Position numbers and translations under genes: made by a program
Source: Chiloscyllium plagiosum
Taxonomy: Eukaryota
Assembly: GCF_004010195.1 (NCBI RefSeq)
Contig: NC_057711.1
Coordinates: 71,604,080 to 71,668,079 of the forward strand
Direction: 5' to 3'
DNA: 64,000 bases
In this document: piece by piece, positions 1 to 12,454 of the stretch
How the letters are laid out: the number at the start of each line of letters is the position of its first letter
Position numbering within the stretch: position 1 is the first letter of the stretch
The notes under the pieces: model-generated
What the model was told of the DNA's origin: nothing
Databases searched by the model: none
Seen by the model: only the letters and a program-made list of their open reading frames with translations

Positions 1-496
1 CCCAAACACACCCCTACACTCACACCCCCATGCGCCCCAGCCCCCGCCAGCCGCCCTCCCCCTCCCAGGGCAGCTGGAGTGGACACCAACAGTCAGACTG
101 CTGTTGTCTTTATGGGGTAAGTTTCCAAATAGCACACACACACTTTTAAATGTAACCTTTTGACAAGTTCCACGTCTGCCCTGTACAGGACAATGTTGGA
201 GAGATTATCCAGGGAAGGGGATTTAGTGTACATGCTGTGTAGAACTCCAGAGAAAGTGCGGGGAGAGGGAGAGTGAACGGGAGGTCAGTCATTTGGAGAC
301 GGTGCCTGGGTTCGATGTCCCGGATTGTTCTCGGCAGCACTTCAGTGAGCCGAGATCATTTTTAATCATTGTAAACAAAGGACGTGTTCTGGGTTGTAGC
401 AGCTCTTTGATGTAATGTTTCTAGCGGGACCTTGAGATCACCTTCGGATAATCCGATATTCCAATAATTGATATTCGGATAATCAAGGTTCCTCTG
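1..496. mobile_element. Right end of a Tc1/mariner-superfamily (pogo/Tigger-like) non-autonomous DNA transposon; left end probably outside the window
   Basis: Ends ...TTCGGATAATCAAGGTTCCTCTG followed by TA (497-498). The reverse complement CAGAGGAACCTTGATTATCCGAA resembles a Tigger-type TIR. Subterminal TTCGGATAATC is repeated at about 443-484. Confidence 0.6.
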
Positions 497-504
497 TATA
501 CAGA

Positions 505-815
505 AAGGCCGTCTTTATGAGAGAGTCTAGGACCAGAGGGCATAATCTCAGAGTAAGTGCTTACACATTTAAAACAGAGTAGTGAATCTGTGGAATTCTT
601 TACCACAGTGAACTGGTGAGGCTGATTTGTTAATACATTCACTGCTGAGATAGACAATTTTTTAATCAGTATAGGAGTCAAGTGCTGTAGAGAAAAGGCA
701 GGAATGTGGAGTTGAGGATTATCAGATCAGCCATGATTTCACCAAATGCTCTGCAGACTCAGTGGACTAAATTGCCTCCTTCTGTTGCTATGTCTTTTGG
801 CCTCTTGGCCTTATG
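505..815 (+). mobile_element. CR1 LINE 3' end fragment
   Basis: GAGTCTAGGACCAGAGGGCATAATCTCAGA...GTGAATCTGTGGAATTC...GATCAGCCATGAT, a typical CR1 ORF2 end plus 3' UTR, ending in a short tandem tail. Confidence 0.75.
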
Positions 816-817
816 GT

Positions 818-990
818 AATCTCAGCTCCGGGACATCTCAGGAGTTCCTCAGCATAGTGTCCCAGGTCTGACCATCTTCATTGCTTCATCATCATAAGGG
901 CAGACGTAGAAGCATTCATTGATGAATACACAATGTTCAGCATCACTCGTGACTTCTCAGACACTGAAGCAGCCCATGTCCAAATACAGC
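818..990 (+). mobile_element. CR1-group LINE family B, RT fragment
   Basis: Homologous to 51710-51880 (GGAGTTCCTCAG..TAGTGT = GVPQGSV region). Confidence 0.65.
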
Positions 991-1127
991 ATAGTTAAAA
1001 CTCACACAGTACCAGATTATAGTCCAACAGGTTTACTCAGAAGCAATAGCTTTCAGAGTGCTGCTCCATCATCAGATGCTTGTGGAGTTCAGGATCATAC
1101 GACACAGAATTTATAGCAAAAGATTAC
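991..1127 (-). mobile_element. Penelope-like element 3' tail with a degenerate hammerhead motif (1044-1078, minus strand)
   Basis: Minus strand reads CTGATGA-tGGAGC agc ACTCT-GAAA-GC-TA. It shares the TATAGTCCAACAGGTTTA motif with 42468-42592. Confidence 0.6.
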
Positions 1128-1330
1128 AGCATGGGTTTCCTCCATTTGCTCTGGTTAGTTGGATTGGCAATGTGCAGGCTAGGTGCATTTGCCATGGGAA
1201 ATAAAGGGTTACAGGGATGGGGGGGTTTGGGGGGTGGAAGCTGTGGGTCTGGGATGCTCTTCCAAGGATCAGTGTGGGCTGAATGGACCAAATGGCCTGC
1301 TTCCACACTGTAGGGATTCTATGATTCTAT
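1128..1330 (+). mobile_element. HE1/V-SINE, partial (3' part)
   Basis: Matches the 3' half of full copies (…AATGGCCTGCTTCCACACTGTAGGGATTCTATGATTCTAT). Confidence 0.8.
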
Positions 1331-1857
1331 AAAAGAAAGGGAAATGTAAAACCTTCAGTCCATAAAGAACAAATATTACTCTTGGAACTGTGCTGGTATG
1401 TCTGAGAATAAAGAAAACGCAACTAAAAGTTCAGACTCAGTAACACATTCCTAAATAGTCACTTCTGACTGAAGAAAGTTTTTTTTGGCATTTGTGTGCA
1501 GCCTTTAGATGTTATGGTGTTTGTCTGGCTATGTGTAGCTGAAAAAAAATGTTCTTAGAAGAGGACAGAGCGTCAATTTCTTTTATTATTATTCATTCGG
1601 GAGATGTGAACTTCATTGGCTGAACTGGTATTTATTGCCCAACCCAAGTTGCCCTTGAGAAAGTGGTCATGACTTATCTTCATGAATCCCTGCAGTTCAC
1701 TGGTGTCAGTAGACCAACTATGCTGCTTATAGCTGGTGATATATTTCCAAGTCAGGTGGTGAGTAGCTTGGAGAGGAACTTACAGGTTGTGGTGTTTCCA
1801 CGTATCTGATGTCCTTGTCCTTTAGGTGATAGTGATCATGGGTTTGGAAGGTACTGT

Positions 1858-4800
1858 CATAGAATCAAAAAGCCATATAGCATGAAATAAGATCCTTTAG
1901 TCCAACTCGTCCATGCCAACCAGGTTTCCTAAACTGAACTAGTCCCATGTGCCTGCATTTGGCCCCTATCCATCTGAACCTTTCCTATCCATGTACCTGT
2001 CCAAGTATCTTTAAATGTTGTAATTGTACTCACCTCTACCACTTCCTCTGGCAGCTCGTTCCGTACACACACCACCTGGTGTGTGAAAAAGTTCTCCCTC
2101 AGATTCCTTTTAATTTTTTCTCCTCTCACCTTAAACCTATGTTCTCCAGTTTTGGACTCCCCTACCCTGGGGAAAAGGTCTTGCTATTCACTTTATCTAC
2201 ACCCCTTGTGATTTTATAAACCTCTGTAAAGTTAACTCCCTCAGGCTCCAACACTTCAAGAAAAAAAGTCGCAGCCTATCCAGCCTCTCCTTACAACTCA
2301 AACCTTCCAGTTTTGTAACATCCTTGGAAATCTTCTTTGCATCCTTTCCAGTTTAATAGTATCCTTCCTATAGCAGGGCAACCAGAACTGTAGGCAGTAC
2401 TCTAAACGCAGCCTTGCTGTGCCATACCATGACGTTCCAACTCTTAGGCTCAATGCTCTGACTAATGAAGGCAAGTGAGCCAAATACCTTCTTCAGTACC
2501 CTGTCTATCTGTGACACCACTTTCAAGGAACAATGTAAGTGCACCCTTATTTCTCTCTGTTGACAACACTCCCTAGGGCTGTACCATTAACTATGTATAT
2601 CCTACCCTGGTTTGTCTTACCAAAATGTTACACATCGGATTTATCAAAATTAAACTCCATCTGCCATTGCTGGGCACACTGGTCCAGTTGATCAAGATCC
2701 TATTATACTCTTAGATAGCCTTCTTTAATGTCCACCATATCACCAATTTTGGTGACTTACTAACCATGCCTCCTATATTCTCATTCAAATAATTTACATA
2801 AATAACAATCAACCGTGGATCCAGCACCAATCATTGTAGCATACTTCTGGTCATAAGCCTGTAGTCTGAACAACAACCCACTACAGATCGTTCTGCTATA
2901 ACGTGTGTTTCGTTAATGTGAATTCACTGTAACACGACTGGTAAATTGGGAACACTGTTTCTAAAGTGTGAACTTTTAAAGCGTGTATTGGTTATAACGT
3001 GATTCTGGCCCCATTAGCTTAAATAGCACTGCTATTGCATAACTTTCCTATAACATGAGTTTGTACAGAACAGAACTATCACGTTTTACCAGAACCAATT
3101 GTACCACCACCCTCCATCTCCTACCATCAAGCCAATTTGTATCCAATTGGCTTGTTCTCCCTTGATCCCATGTGATCTAACCTTACTAACCAGTCTACCA
3201 TGTGGAACTATGTAACAGGCCTTGCTAAAGTTCACATAGACCACATTTACCTCTCTGCCTTCATTTATATTCTTGGTCACCTCTTCAAAAGAATCAATCA
3301 ATTTTGTGAGACACAATTTCCCAAACACAAAGCCATACTAACTATCCCTAATCACTCCTTGCCTTTCCAAATGCATGTCGATCCTGTATCTCAGAATCTC
3401 CTCCAACAACTTACTCACCAATGACATCAGACTGATCGGTCTATAGTTCCCTGGCTTTTCCTTGCTGCCTTTACTAAATAATGGCACAACACTAGCCACC
3501 GTCCAGTCTTCCAGCACCAGTATCTCAGCAAGGGGCTCATCAATCACTTCCCTAGCTTTCCACAATGTCCTGGGATACACTTGATCAAGTCTCAGGGATT
3601 TATCTACCTTTATGTATTTTAAGACCTCCAATACCTCCTCTTCTGTAATATGGACTCCTTTCAAGACATCAGTATTTATTTCACCAAGTTCCCTGGCTTC
3701 CATGTCTTTCGCCAGCATAAATACTGATGTGAAATATTCATTTAGGATCTCACCCATTCCTGGTGGCTCCACACATAGATGGCCTTGTTGATCTTTAAGG
3801 GGCCCTATTCTCTCCCTAGTTACTCTTTTGCCCTTAATATACTTGTGGAATCTCTTTAGATTCTTCTTAACCTTAACTGCCAAAGCTATCTTATGTCCCC
3901 TTTTTGCCCTCCTAATCTCCCCCTTAAGTATGGTCCTACACCTCACTATGCTACTCAAGGGACTCACTTGATACCAGCTGATCATTTCTGACATATGCCT
4001 CCTTTTTCTTGACCAGAGCCTCAATAATTCTAGTCACTCGGTGTTCCCTACTCCTGCCAATCTTGCCCTTCATACCAGCAGGAGCATAATTGCCATGAAC
4101 TCTCATTATTTTGTTTTTGAAAGCCTCCTACTTGCCAGATATCCCTTTACCTGTGATCAGCCTCCTCCAGTCAACTTTCCAATGTTCCTGTCTCATACTA
4201 TCAAAATTGGCCTTGCCCCAAGTAAGAACTTTAACTCGTGGACCAGGCCTATCCTCTTCCATAATTATTTCAAAACTAATAGAATTATGGTCACTGAATC
4301 CAAAATGCTCCACCACGAATACCTCAGTCACTTGTTCAACCTTATTTCCCAAGTGGTGGTTGAGTTTTGCCCTTTCTCTAATAGGCCCATCTAAATATTC
4401 ATTGAGGAAGTTTTCTTGAACACACTTAACAAATTTCTCCCCATCCAAGCCCTTAACACTATAGCAATCCCAATTTGGAAAGTTAAATCCCCAACTATTA
4501 CAACACTACTATTCTTACAGCAATCTCTCTACATATTTGCTCCTCAATTTCCTGCTGACTATTGGGGGCGGGGGGTGGGGGGGTGGTGGTGAGGGGAGAT
4601 ACAGCATGATCCCATCAAAATGATCCGTCCATTTTATTTCTCAGTTTCACCAATATAGCGGGACTGTACGATTCCCCAGAAATATCCGCATGAGGTGCTG
4701 CCATGATGTTTTCCCTAATTAAAAACATCTCCCCTTCCTCTCTTTCTTCCCCTTCTAAACTTTCTATAGCATCTATATCCCAAAACACCAAGCTCAGTGA

Positions 4801-5030
4801 GCTGCCAGTTCCGTACCTCCATCAGCTATGTTTCTTGTCATAACTATGATATCCTAGTCGATGCCCTGAGTTCATCTGCCTTATCTATCAGCTCTCTTGC
4901 ATTGAAATAAATGCAGTTTAATTCTTCAATCTCCCCTCATTCTCTGCCATGCTGTAGCCTGCACTGTCTGTTTAACTTGCTTTCTTTAACTTCTATACCA
5001 GCCTCAACATTCTCTCATGTCTCATTACTG
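1858..5030 (-). mobile_element. HER1-type CR1 LINE, about 3 kb, 5'-truncated ORF2 pseudogene (endonuclease end, RT, 3' UTR)
   Basis: ORF-track peptides such as FGFSDHNSISF, KGSKEKPGNYRPISLMSLVSKLLEEIL, CLTKLIDSFEEVT..VNVVYVNFSKA and LEYCLQFWLPCYRKDTIKLERMQRRF are CR1 ORF2 motifs. Multiple frameshifts and stops. Confidence 0.92.
2884..3101. mobile_element. pogo/Tigger-like MITE (about 218 bp) inserted into the CR1 RT
   Basis: Imperfect TIRs CAGATCGTTCTGCTATAACG / CGTTTTACCAGAACCAATTG, with TA on both sides (2882-83, 3102-03). The CR1 sequence rejoins across it. Confidence 0.8.
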
Positions 5031-6029
5031 CTTAGGGTCGCAGGTAAATTTTTGTAGTGCATCTTGTAGCTGATACACACTGCTGCTACAGTGTGTCAGT
5101 GGTGGAGGAAGTGGATGTTTGCAGATGGAAGATTCAGTGATGGTATTGCGATTGAATATGAAGGGACAATGTTTAGATTCCTATTTTTTGGAGACGATCA
5201 TTGCCTGACACATGTGTAGCGCAAATGTTACTTGCCACTTGTCAGCCCAAGGCTAGATATCATTCAGCTGTTACTGTATTTGGATGTGGTTATATTAGCT
5301 TGTATGTGTTTACTACATGCAGAACAGAATGTCCCAAAAGCAGGATGTCAAATGTCTAATGAGTCTTGAAATTGCAAAACCATGTAATCAAGAACAGGAA
5401 TTCAGTGCTGTAAATGAGATTTGTACATTTTATATAGTTGAGTGGGGCTCAAGACCAGAGGGACTTGCTCCCTAACAAATGCTCAAATCAGAATCTTTGC
5501 ATAGTTGAACCCCATATACTCAAGAATACTGTTTTCATAAAACAGCAAAGTAGCTGTGGAAGCTGGCTGCATTGAAATTTCCAAGGGTGATTCCTGTGAT
5601 GGTGAACATGTACCTACTGGATTGTTGCACAAGCCTGTCTGCTTCAACAATTCTTTTACAGAAAGAACTCTATTGACCTTACTCTACCTGACTATCCAGC
5701 ATCAATCTAGGCAAAGAACAAGGGCATACAGTGCACCTTTGACCCTGCAAAGCTCTCCTCACAAATATCTGAGGAGTTGTGCTAAAGTTGGAAGGGTCGC
5801 CCGATAGACTAGTCAAGCAACAATCTGACATAGTTATACTCAATGATTCATACATTTCAGCTAATATCCCAGACACCATTGACACCATCCCTTAGTACAT
5901 CCTGACCCAGTGGCAAGAGGGACTCACCCAGAGGTGGTGGCATGGTCGTGCGCTTTTGGGATTCCTTAGCAGGATCCTCAACATTGACTCAGGTCTTCAT
6001 GATGTCCCCTTGTACAGGGTCAAATATGG

Positions 6030-6249
6030 AGAAAGTGAGGACTGCAGATGCTGGAGATCAGAGTTGAAGAGTGTGGTGCTGGAAAAGCACAGCCGATCAG
6101 GCAGTATCCAAGGGGCAGGAAAGTAGACATTTTGAGCACAAGCTCTTCATCAGGAATGATGAAGAGCCCATGCTCAAAACGTCAACTGTCCTGCCCCTCG
6201 GATGCTGCCTGCCCGACTGCGCTTTTCCAACGCCACATTTTTTGACTCA
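6030..6249. mobile_element. Penelope-derived fold-back short element
   Basis: Two inverted PLE tails meet at CATCAGGAA|TGATGAAG. Flanked by GGTCAAATATGG (6018-29) / GGCCAAACATGG (6250-61). Confidence 0.8.
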
Positions 6250-6384
6250 GGCCAAACATGGGCCTGTTTATTACAACATACTGCCCTTCCTTGGCTAATT
6301 AATTAGTATTCCTCGATATTTAATACAACTTGGAAGACGCACTGAGCTTTAGTAGAAGATTTCAATGCCCATCACTGAGAATGG

Positions 6385-6440
6385 CTCAGTAGCCACATTG
6401 CTGACTCAGTAGCCACATTGCTGACTCAGTAGCCACATTG
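6385..6440. repeat. 20-bp tandem repeat x about 3 (CTGACTCAGTAGCCACATTG)
   Basis: Read directly; the units are identical. Confidence 0.95.
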
Positions 6441-6808
6441 GCAGAAGTCAGTAGGATATATCTGTGTGAGTGGATCAGAAACAGGAGATGAGAAAATTGA
6501 CAAAGAGGGAAAAGCCAACTTGACCCTGTCCTCACCAATTTACCTGTTGCCGATGCATCTATCCAAGTCAGTATTGTTCGGAGTGACCACAATCGAATCC
6601 TTGTAGAGAACAAGTTTAATCTTTGCACTGAAGATAATATGGCGCTTCCACTGTGCTAAAAGGAATAGATTCAGAACAGATTCAGCAACTATGGGTCACT
6701 GTGGGCCATCATCAGCTGCAGAACTGCATTCAACCATAATCTGCATCTTCATAGTTCAGCATTTCCCTCACTCTGACATTACCATTACTCTGGGGCATCT
6801 GGCCTGAT

Positions 6809-7155
6809 TCATAGAATCCCTATAGTATGGAAACATGCCATTTGGCCCAACAAATCCACACTGATCCTCCAAAGAGTATCCCACCCAGACCCATTCCCTT
6901 ACCCTATTACTCTACATTTCCCCTGACCAATGCATGTAACCTACAAATCCCTGAACACTATGGGCAAGTTAGCTTGGCAACTTCACCTAATCTGCCCATC
7001 TTTGGACTGTGGGAGGAAACCAGAGCACCCAGAGGAAACCCATGTAGACATGAGGAGAATGTGCAAACTCCGCACAATCGCCCGAGGCTAGAATCAAACC
7101 CGGGTCCCTGGTGCTGTGAGGCAGCAGTGCTAACCACTGAGCCACCATGCTGTCC
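6809..7155 (-). mobile_element. HE1/V-SINE, full length
   Basis: tRNA-like head with A box (TGGCTCAGTGG) and B box (GGTTTGATTCT), V-domain GGGTTTCCTCTGGGTGCTCTGGTTTCCTCCCACAGTCCAAAGA, and CR1-like tail. Confidence 0.9.
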
Positions 7156-7616
7156 ATTGAAGAGTTCAGGGCAGCAAGGCAGGGGCAGTAGATGCTGAAA
7201 CATTTCCCAGTGCTATTCAAAAAAAGACAGAATGAGACTAGCCCAGTCAACTACCACCACATCAACTTACACTGACAGATGGGGTCATTGACAGAGTCAT
7301 TAACCAGCAATTAGTCAGCAATAACATTATCACTCCACCTTGGTCACCCAGCTTCTGACCTCTTTACATCCTTGATCCAAATATGAACAAAAGAGCTGAA
7401 TTTGAGAAATAAGTTACGAGTGGCTTTCCTTGACATCAAGGCAGCATTTAACTGAATATGGCAGCAAGGAGCCATTGTAAAATTGAAGTAATGATAAATT
7501 GGGGCAGAGTCTCTCCATTGGTTGCCGTTGATCCAGACCCATATAATATTAATTGTGGGGGCCTGGAGGCCAATAATTTCCATCTCAAGGCATCTCTGCC
7601 CAAGCCCCTTGGGGTA

Positions 7617-7722
7617 GATATTTTCTCATTAACCTGTACAGAGATGTTATGATATACCTCTGGAGTGGGTGGGATTTGAACCTGGGCCTCCTGTGGGTAC
7701 TACTACCATTCCATAAGAGCCT
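7617..7722 (-). mobile_element. Short tRNA-derived SINE
   Basis: Minus strand GGCTCTTATGGAATGGTAGTAG...AGGCCCAGGTTCAAATCCCACC contains A/B-box-like elements. Confidence 0.55.
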
Positions 7723-9085
7723 TCAAGCTTCTCCGGGTCGTATCCTCAATCCAATGATCTGCAGCTAATGAAACAACTGCCTCCCCCCTTCAACATTACA
7801 TCAGAAATAAGGATGGAGAAAGAGCTTTAGAAAATGTATGTTTCTACGATCACTCATAAAAAGTTGTCCATTGGGAATGATTTGATTAACAGCTAACATT
7901 CATTGAACAGCTCCTCGATGACAACCTTCGGGAAAAACAAGAGAAGGAAAGAATGGAGAATGTTAGGGAAATACACACAAAAGATGAGAAGGCAAAATAC
8001 AAATCATACCAGAATGCTCTATCTCTGGATTCCTACTTACCTGTATATTTACTTGATACAGAAACTTCATAATTTAGCCGAACAAGCTGACGTTAGAGTT
8101 CCATGTTGATCATCAGTTTCTAACAGCAAGTTAGCGAATTTAGAGCCAATCCCTACATGTAGTGTAGAAGAGTTCATACATCTGATGAACTGATGAAGGG
8201 ACTTTAGCCCTTGAAGGGTACAGAAACATATGTACATTATGATTTTGTATGCATGTGGTAAGCAATAATTACAAAACGCAAACTGACCAAGACAAATTTT
8301 GAAATATTGATAGTTTGTCTGATGATTTATTTAGAGTGTAGATAACATTCTTGTTAGCTCTATCACTTACTTGTTACTTGGAGCAATAAGTGATAATAAA
8401 CAGATATTTGTCCTTGTCCATGACATTGCTGATATGTTCTTGCAATATATCTGAAGTTAAATATATAACTGATACGACCTACATAATAGTGGGGTGTAAA
8501 TCATCTGTCTTCTGGCTCTTTTTTGCCATCTTTAGTCATGCTGTCATCATGCTCCTGTAGATAGGATGAAACAATCTTTAAACAAGCAATGAGTTGTTCA
8601 AGTTAATGAGCTTACTGTGAACCATACTTCAATTGTAATTGTAGAGGAACTTTCAGTAGTATTCATAAAACTACTCTGGTCACCTGTGCACTGCATTATA
8701 GTCCTTGAGACATTGATTGTTTTATGAGTTTCTTGATTTTGCTAAATGCTTATGATTGTGTTGTTCCACAAAATTAACAGAGTTTGAAATAAAAACTGGG
8801 ATGCAGTGATGGTTGGCTGAACCTGATTTTTTTTTCCTCAGTGAAAGCACGTATTGTTGAAGGGATTCTCACTCAAAGGCAAGTGAGATTTCTTGAAGCA
8901 TTTTACAAAATGCATTGCTTAGCTACCTACCCTGTATAATGGTGTCCTTCATGTCTGATTTGATCTCCTGGAACAACTCAACACTCACCAGATATACACT
9001 GTAATGCCAAACCCCTTGGTTCTCATGCCATAGCAGTCCGAAGCTGACTTGCTCAGTCAAAAACAGAGTCTGTACGTTTTGGAGA

Positions 9086-10020
9086 ATGGGCAAGATGTCT
9101 GACAGGGATGTGGAGGTTGTGGTCTGGGGTGTAGTACAACTGAGAGTATTCCTCTTCCTGGAAGACTGGCAGAGGAGGCCACAGAGACAGACTCTGCCAG
9201 CCAAATCCAAGGTTGCCACTTTGGTCAACGCTGTCTCGGCAGTGAGAAGGAATAGCCAGCAGAGCTGTAGAAAGATCAATGACTTTCCCTGCTCCTCCAG
9301 GGTAAATGGCATGCTCCACTTCCTGCTGCTTCAGACTGACTCTATCTCTGCTACTACATAACCTTCCACCAAGGCTCATGATTTGATATTTTTATTGTTG
9401 CCTAGAACATCTTTTCTCACTCAATGTCATGCCAGTTAATGCCATACATGTCATTCCACCCAACCATGCCAGCAATGTTCCTCATTTGCCTGGGACACCT
9501 CAGCAGCTTTTGATCACCTTTGCAAGCTTGAACCGCTGTGCCACTCACTTTCACTACACTCCATTCTTTTCCTTTTCTCTTTCCAGAAGAAATCAATCCA
9601 TCATATGGCAGAAAGTGCCTGGATGGTTGAAGGTTTATCTCACATTAGATTCCTCAGGGAGGGGTTCCTGGGTGTCACAGTAGAAAACCAGGACTGCTCC
9701 TGCAAGGATGCTGAAACATTCAAGCTCTATCAACTGAGTAACTACCACTCTTCATTGCAAATCTAATATTAACCCCACTGACAGTCTCATTTATTGCACA
9801 CCATGTGTAACCACTGACCAAAACACCTTCTCTCTTTTTTGTCTTGCACATATGATGCCCACCATCACTGTGGAGAAACAGCCAGCTACCCCAGAAACCA
9901 ACTCTTTGATGTCTGAGGATGAGAATACTGAGGCTTCAGAGGAAGTATTCACAAAACTGCCTCCTAGACACACCAACTGTTCAGATATTGACATCTCAGT
10001 GGGATTGTTAACCTCAGAAA
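9086..10020 (+). pseudogene. Harbinger-type Myb/SANT-like DNA-binding protein gene remnant with 3 exons (9086-9301, 9587-9737, about 9852-10020)
   Basis: Exon 1, SDRDVEVVVWGVVQLRVFLF...VATLVNAVSAVRRNSQQSCRKIND, resembles a NAIF1/MSANTD-type Myb domain. Donor AGG|GTAAAT at 9302, polypyrimidine acceptor TTTCCAG at 9586, in-frame exon 2 (KKSIHHMAESAWMVEG), donor GTAACT at 9738. The third acceptor is mutated to CAT. Confidence 0.7.
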
Positions 10021-10299
10021 GAAGTCATTGTTATGCCTTCACTGGAATTTCTTTTCCACAAACCTAAATCACCACTGTTATAACCTGTACTTTTGCTTAC
10101 TGCAAAAAAAAGAAGGAATTTTGTGTATATTTAAAACAGATATTATGACAAGTCACATCTTGTTGAATTCTCAGTCTAACTGTTTAGAAGGTTTTTTAAA
10201 AATCAATATCCCTTCTAATTTTATTATTGTGCATGGCCTTTCGATTTGAACACATGATAGCCTTACTTGCTTATTGAGCTGCCATGAGCATGCCATTTT

Positions 10300-11070
10300 T
10301 CAATGCATCCTTTCATGGGATGTAAGTATCACTCGCTAGGCTGGCAAATGTTGTTCTCTGTTAAAGGCCCCAGCCAAGGTGATGGTGAGTCACCATCTTG
10401 AACCACTGCAGTCCATCTGGTGTGGATACACCTACAGCACCTTTTAGAAAGAGAATTCCAGGATTTTGACCTAATTACAATGAAAAAACAGCAACATAAT
10501 ACCAAGTCAGTTTATTTGCAGAGATAATTGCAAGTGGTGGTGTTCCCATTCATCTTCTACCCTTGCTGCTACTGCAGAATTTGGCAATTGTGAAGTCATT
10601 GAAATTCAATGGGAGATGATTAGCTTCTTTCTTGTTGATGATGGTCTTTGCCTGCTATGCATGTGGTGCAAATGATCCTTGCCTCTTATCAGTCTACACC
10701 TGAATGTTGTCACGATCTATTGCATATGGACATGGACTGCATTGGTAACTGAGAAGTTGTGAAAAGTACTAAATAATTATGCAATCATTAGTGAACATCC
10801 CTCTTCTGACCAATGATGGCTGGAAGACCAGCAATGAATTAGCTGGAGATGGTTGCACAAGACATTCCCCTAAAGAATACCTGCAGTGATATCTGACTAT
10901 AAATGATAGGCTTCCACCAGTCAATATCAACTCCCTTTGTGTGAAATATGACTCTAAATAATGGTGAGATATTCCCCTGGCTCACATTGACTTCTATTTA
11001 CTAGGTCCATTGATGTCACATTTGATCAACTGATACCTTTATACAAAAGGGCAGGCACTCTGATTTCACC
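10300..11070 (-). mobile_element. CR1-group family B fragment
   Basis: Collinear with 47760-48870; strongly decayed. Confidence 0.7.
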
Positions 11071-12454
11071 TTGACACATGAGCCAAAATGATCAGGGGAA
11101 TCCTTTCTTGGAAAGTTATCTCCCATTATCTATAGTGGTTTGTGCTTAGATTCACAGTTGTTTCTGAATTAAAACCATTCCATAATTATTGTCAGCTTTT
11201 GGTTCTGGGTTGTATGTATAGTTGGAAGTTGCAGAGTAGATAACTCTTCCCAAGCATTTGATAATGTCAAACTGAGTGGTAAACATTGCAGCATCACTGT
11301 GATAGATGTAGTCCTGCAAAGAGATAGATAGCTGGTCCAATCGTGTTCTTAGAATGGCCCCAACACATAGCTGGAACCATGAAGATACATCCTTGGAGCA
11401 TCTCAATAGGTGTCACTTGCTCAGTTCCAGCAGGTCATTCTCAATCCACAACCTCTTTCCTTTTTATACCTTTTTAAATGTTTCAACATCTCTTGTCTCC
11501 TTACCTGTGCTCACTGCTTTAAAACACTGAAACCATTCAATATGCAGGCATTTGAATCAATACTTACTTCAAGTCATGATTTTTGGAATCCTGTTTTAAA
11601 GTATGATTCTTCCTGGTTCAGGAAGATTGGAAAGAAGAGATGATGGTAGATGATGTGCACAGATGCACAGCACACCCTTTTGCTATCTTTTTTGTGATGC
11701 AAGGCCATCAGTACCTTAAACCTTCAAAACCTCATCTGTGTGGGACAGTTAAGGAATGCGAGTACAATTGTAGATAAACTCTCTGTCACCCAACTTGGGT
11801 CTTACTCAAGCCCTCTCTGAATTCACAGCCGGTACTCCCTCTTAATTGTACATGGTGTGTAACATATGCACAATACCTGTTCAGAACTGCTGTTTTATTT
11901 CTGTTACAATGCCTTTCTTCTGCAAAGCTTCATGAACCAAAACAAGTAGGCAAGCTCCAATCATTTGAAAGTCCACCCTAACAAATTAAGGCCGATTTTT
12001 CAAATGTGTGAGGCTGGCACAGAGCATTAGGTAACAGCTGTGCCCATTGGCCAGTCAAGAGTGCAGAGTGCTACCATTTCCCAATATTGACAGTTGAGAC
12101 TCACTGCTGGTGGAAAATTCATCCCATTCAATGAAACTTTGCAATTATCATTTCATTTCTGTAATTGTCTTTCTATCAGAAAGGGGAGCAAAAAAGGAAT
12201 TGAATTTATACAAAAAGAAAATCAATAACAGGAAAGGAATCTGAAGTAATACCTGAAAGGTTCAGAGTTTAAATTATTAGTTTGCAGATCCCATTAGAAA
12301 AATAAATCAATAATATCTTGTGGATTACATGCTGTCTCTACAGTGACTTTTGTATTTCAGGTGGCTAGTTTTCAGGAACAGACTCTTGTCTTTATATGTA
12401 GCTGTTTCCCATGTTTATACCAACTACCACTTTCCATAGCAATATGCACACTTG

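Larger units (their letters stand above)
1588..5290 (-). mobile_element. CR1-group family B 3' fragment, split by the HER1-type CR1 insertion (pieces about 1588-1857 and 5040-5290)
   Basis: Carries the family B 3' UTR signature (TTTATTGCCCA..CC..GTTGCCCTTGAGAA). The sequence resumes collinearly after 5040 (GTAGTGCATCTTGTAG). Confidence 0.7.
5680..7800 (+). mobile_element. CR1-group family B LINE, decayed (endonuclease to RT), interrupted by a PLE fold-back element and SINEs
   Basis: Endonuclease motifs (GAAGATTTCAATGCCCATCAC = DFNAHH; GRSDH-like region near 6580). The RT part (CTTGACATCAAGGCAGCATTT) is homologous to 51560-51600. Confidence 0.75.

Noticed and set aside
3338..4024. 228-aa ORF as a host gene
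   Set aside because: A fragment of a frameshifted CR1 ORF2.
6385..6440. CRISPR-like direct repeats
   Set aside because: Head-to-tail units with no unique spacers, in eukaryotic repeat context with no cas genes.
8180..8230. Hammerhead-like CTGATGA-AGGG...CCCT
   Set aside because: No GAAA directly after the stem and no PLE tail context.
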